Source: Chiloscyllium plagiosum
Taxonomy: Eukaryota
Direction of reading: 5' to 3'
Assembly (NCBI RefSeq): GCF_004010195.1
Contig: NC_057751.1
Coordinates: forward strand, 3,195,974-3,259,973
Length of the DNA stretch: 64,000 nt
Part shown: positions 63,051-64,000 of the stretch, piece by piece
How positions within the stretch are numbered: the stretch's first letter is position 1
Layout of the letters: each line of letters opens with the position of its first letter
Made by a program: the position numbers and the translations under genes
Notes under the pieces: generated by a model
Seen by the model: the letters and a program-made list of their open reading frames with translations, nothing else
The model's database searches: none
What the model was told of the DNA's origin: nothing

Positions 63051-64000
63051 GTATGTTGAAGCTGTGAAACGTGCTATCGAAGTGCAGCGTCTTTGTTTCT
63101 TCCTAATCCACTGGAGAACTCCTCTCACTGTCTGAAAACTAACTCAAGCTGCCTTTCTCTTGCATACCAGATCCTGTGTTGACACAGAGAGAGACAGATG
63201 GGCCACTTTGATCACATACGTGCAGTCTGACAACACATTAGGAATGGGAAGAATTGGAGCCTTTCACCTATTTGTACAGTCTGTCATTCTGTACATAGAT
63301 TCAGCTGATTGAGAGGTCTTTTCACTTCATTCCATAATGCGTCTGTACTTTCAGCGTTCATGTCCTGGCCAAAAGAAATCTGTTGATTCCATCCCAGACA
63401 TCTTTGTGTTTATTTCAAACCTCTGAAATGTGACTCCAACAATAGCCATTTCTTGAACTGATAGTCATCTGTTGTAAGTGTGTCTGAGGGAGCATGATGA
63501 AGGGAGCTGATGGCGTGTGTCACAAAGCTGCTCCCTTTTTTCTGAAAGCTGTTCCTTTTCTCAAGGTCACTGTGTCCTTGTTGTTTTTCAGAGGGGTTGT
63601 AAACAGCTCCTGGTTCCTATTAGACTGGTTTGGTGGAGAGATTAAAGGGTATAGAGAGGCCTTTTTGTTTATTTGTAAACAGATGAGACTTCAGGCCAAA
63701 GTGGTCATGTTTTAGAAGTGACCTGTATAATGGAAGGGGAGTGGTCAGCTCTCTAGCTGGGCAGTTCAGCCCAGAACTGGTTGGGAGTTCAGCAGTGAGC
63801 TCTGTGAAAACAGGCTCCCTCTCTTTCTGCCCTTCCAACTTCAACCTGTAAGCATCTGTTCCATTTTTTAAACTTTTATTTTAAGGGGGTTTGCTGATTG
63901 GGACTGTTGTGTATTTTCGGAACAGCACAATAAGTCTAGTTAGGATAGACTGAGTTGTGTAGGGGATCTTTGTTCTGTTCTGTGTGTTTCATTGTGTAAT

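Overview
Eukaryotic, repeat-rich vertebrate DNA. The repeat content (HE1-type SINEs, a DeuSINE-derived 33-bp minisatellite, CR1 LINEs, Penelope-like elements) points to a cartilaginous fish, probably a shark. Three spliced genes are readable: the last four coding exons of a divergent PCYOX1-like gene (+, 1226-5483), the last two coding exons of SNRPG (+, 21195-25293; I could not find the first two), and a complete three-exon LZTS1-like CDS (-, 58935-51848, about 588 aa). A 6.6-kb satellite (12446-19084) separates a GC-rich left part from an AT-richer right part and explains the giant artefactual ORFs. The most notable unexplained signals are: (1) a probable decayed minus-strand gene with C-type-lectin-like remnants at about 42-47 kb, plus a ~300-bp inverted duplication that begins at a Kozak ATG and signal-peptide-like sequence; (2) a young Penelope-derived family of short palindromic elements with minimal hammerhead-ribozyme cores and 10-16 bp TSDs; (3) inverted minisatellite arrays bracketing an in-frame-skippable PCYOX1 exon; (4) a uORF and alternative start upstream of the LZTS1 MGSVSS motif. 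Gene and repeat names come from recalled motifs, not database searches. Repeat boundaries are approximate.
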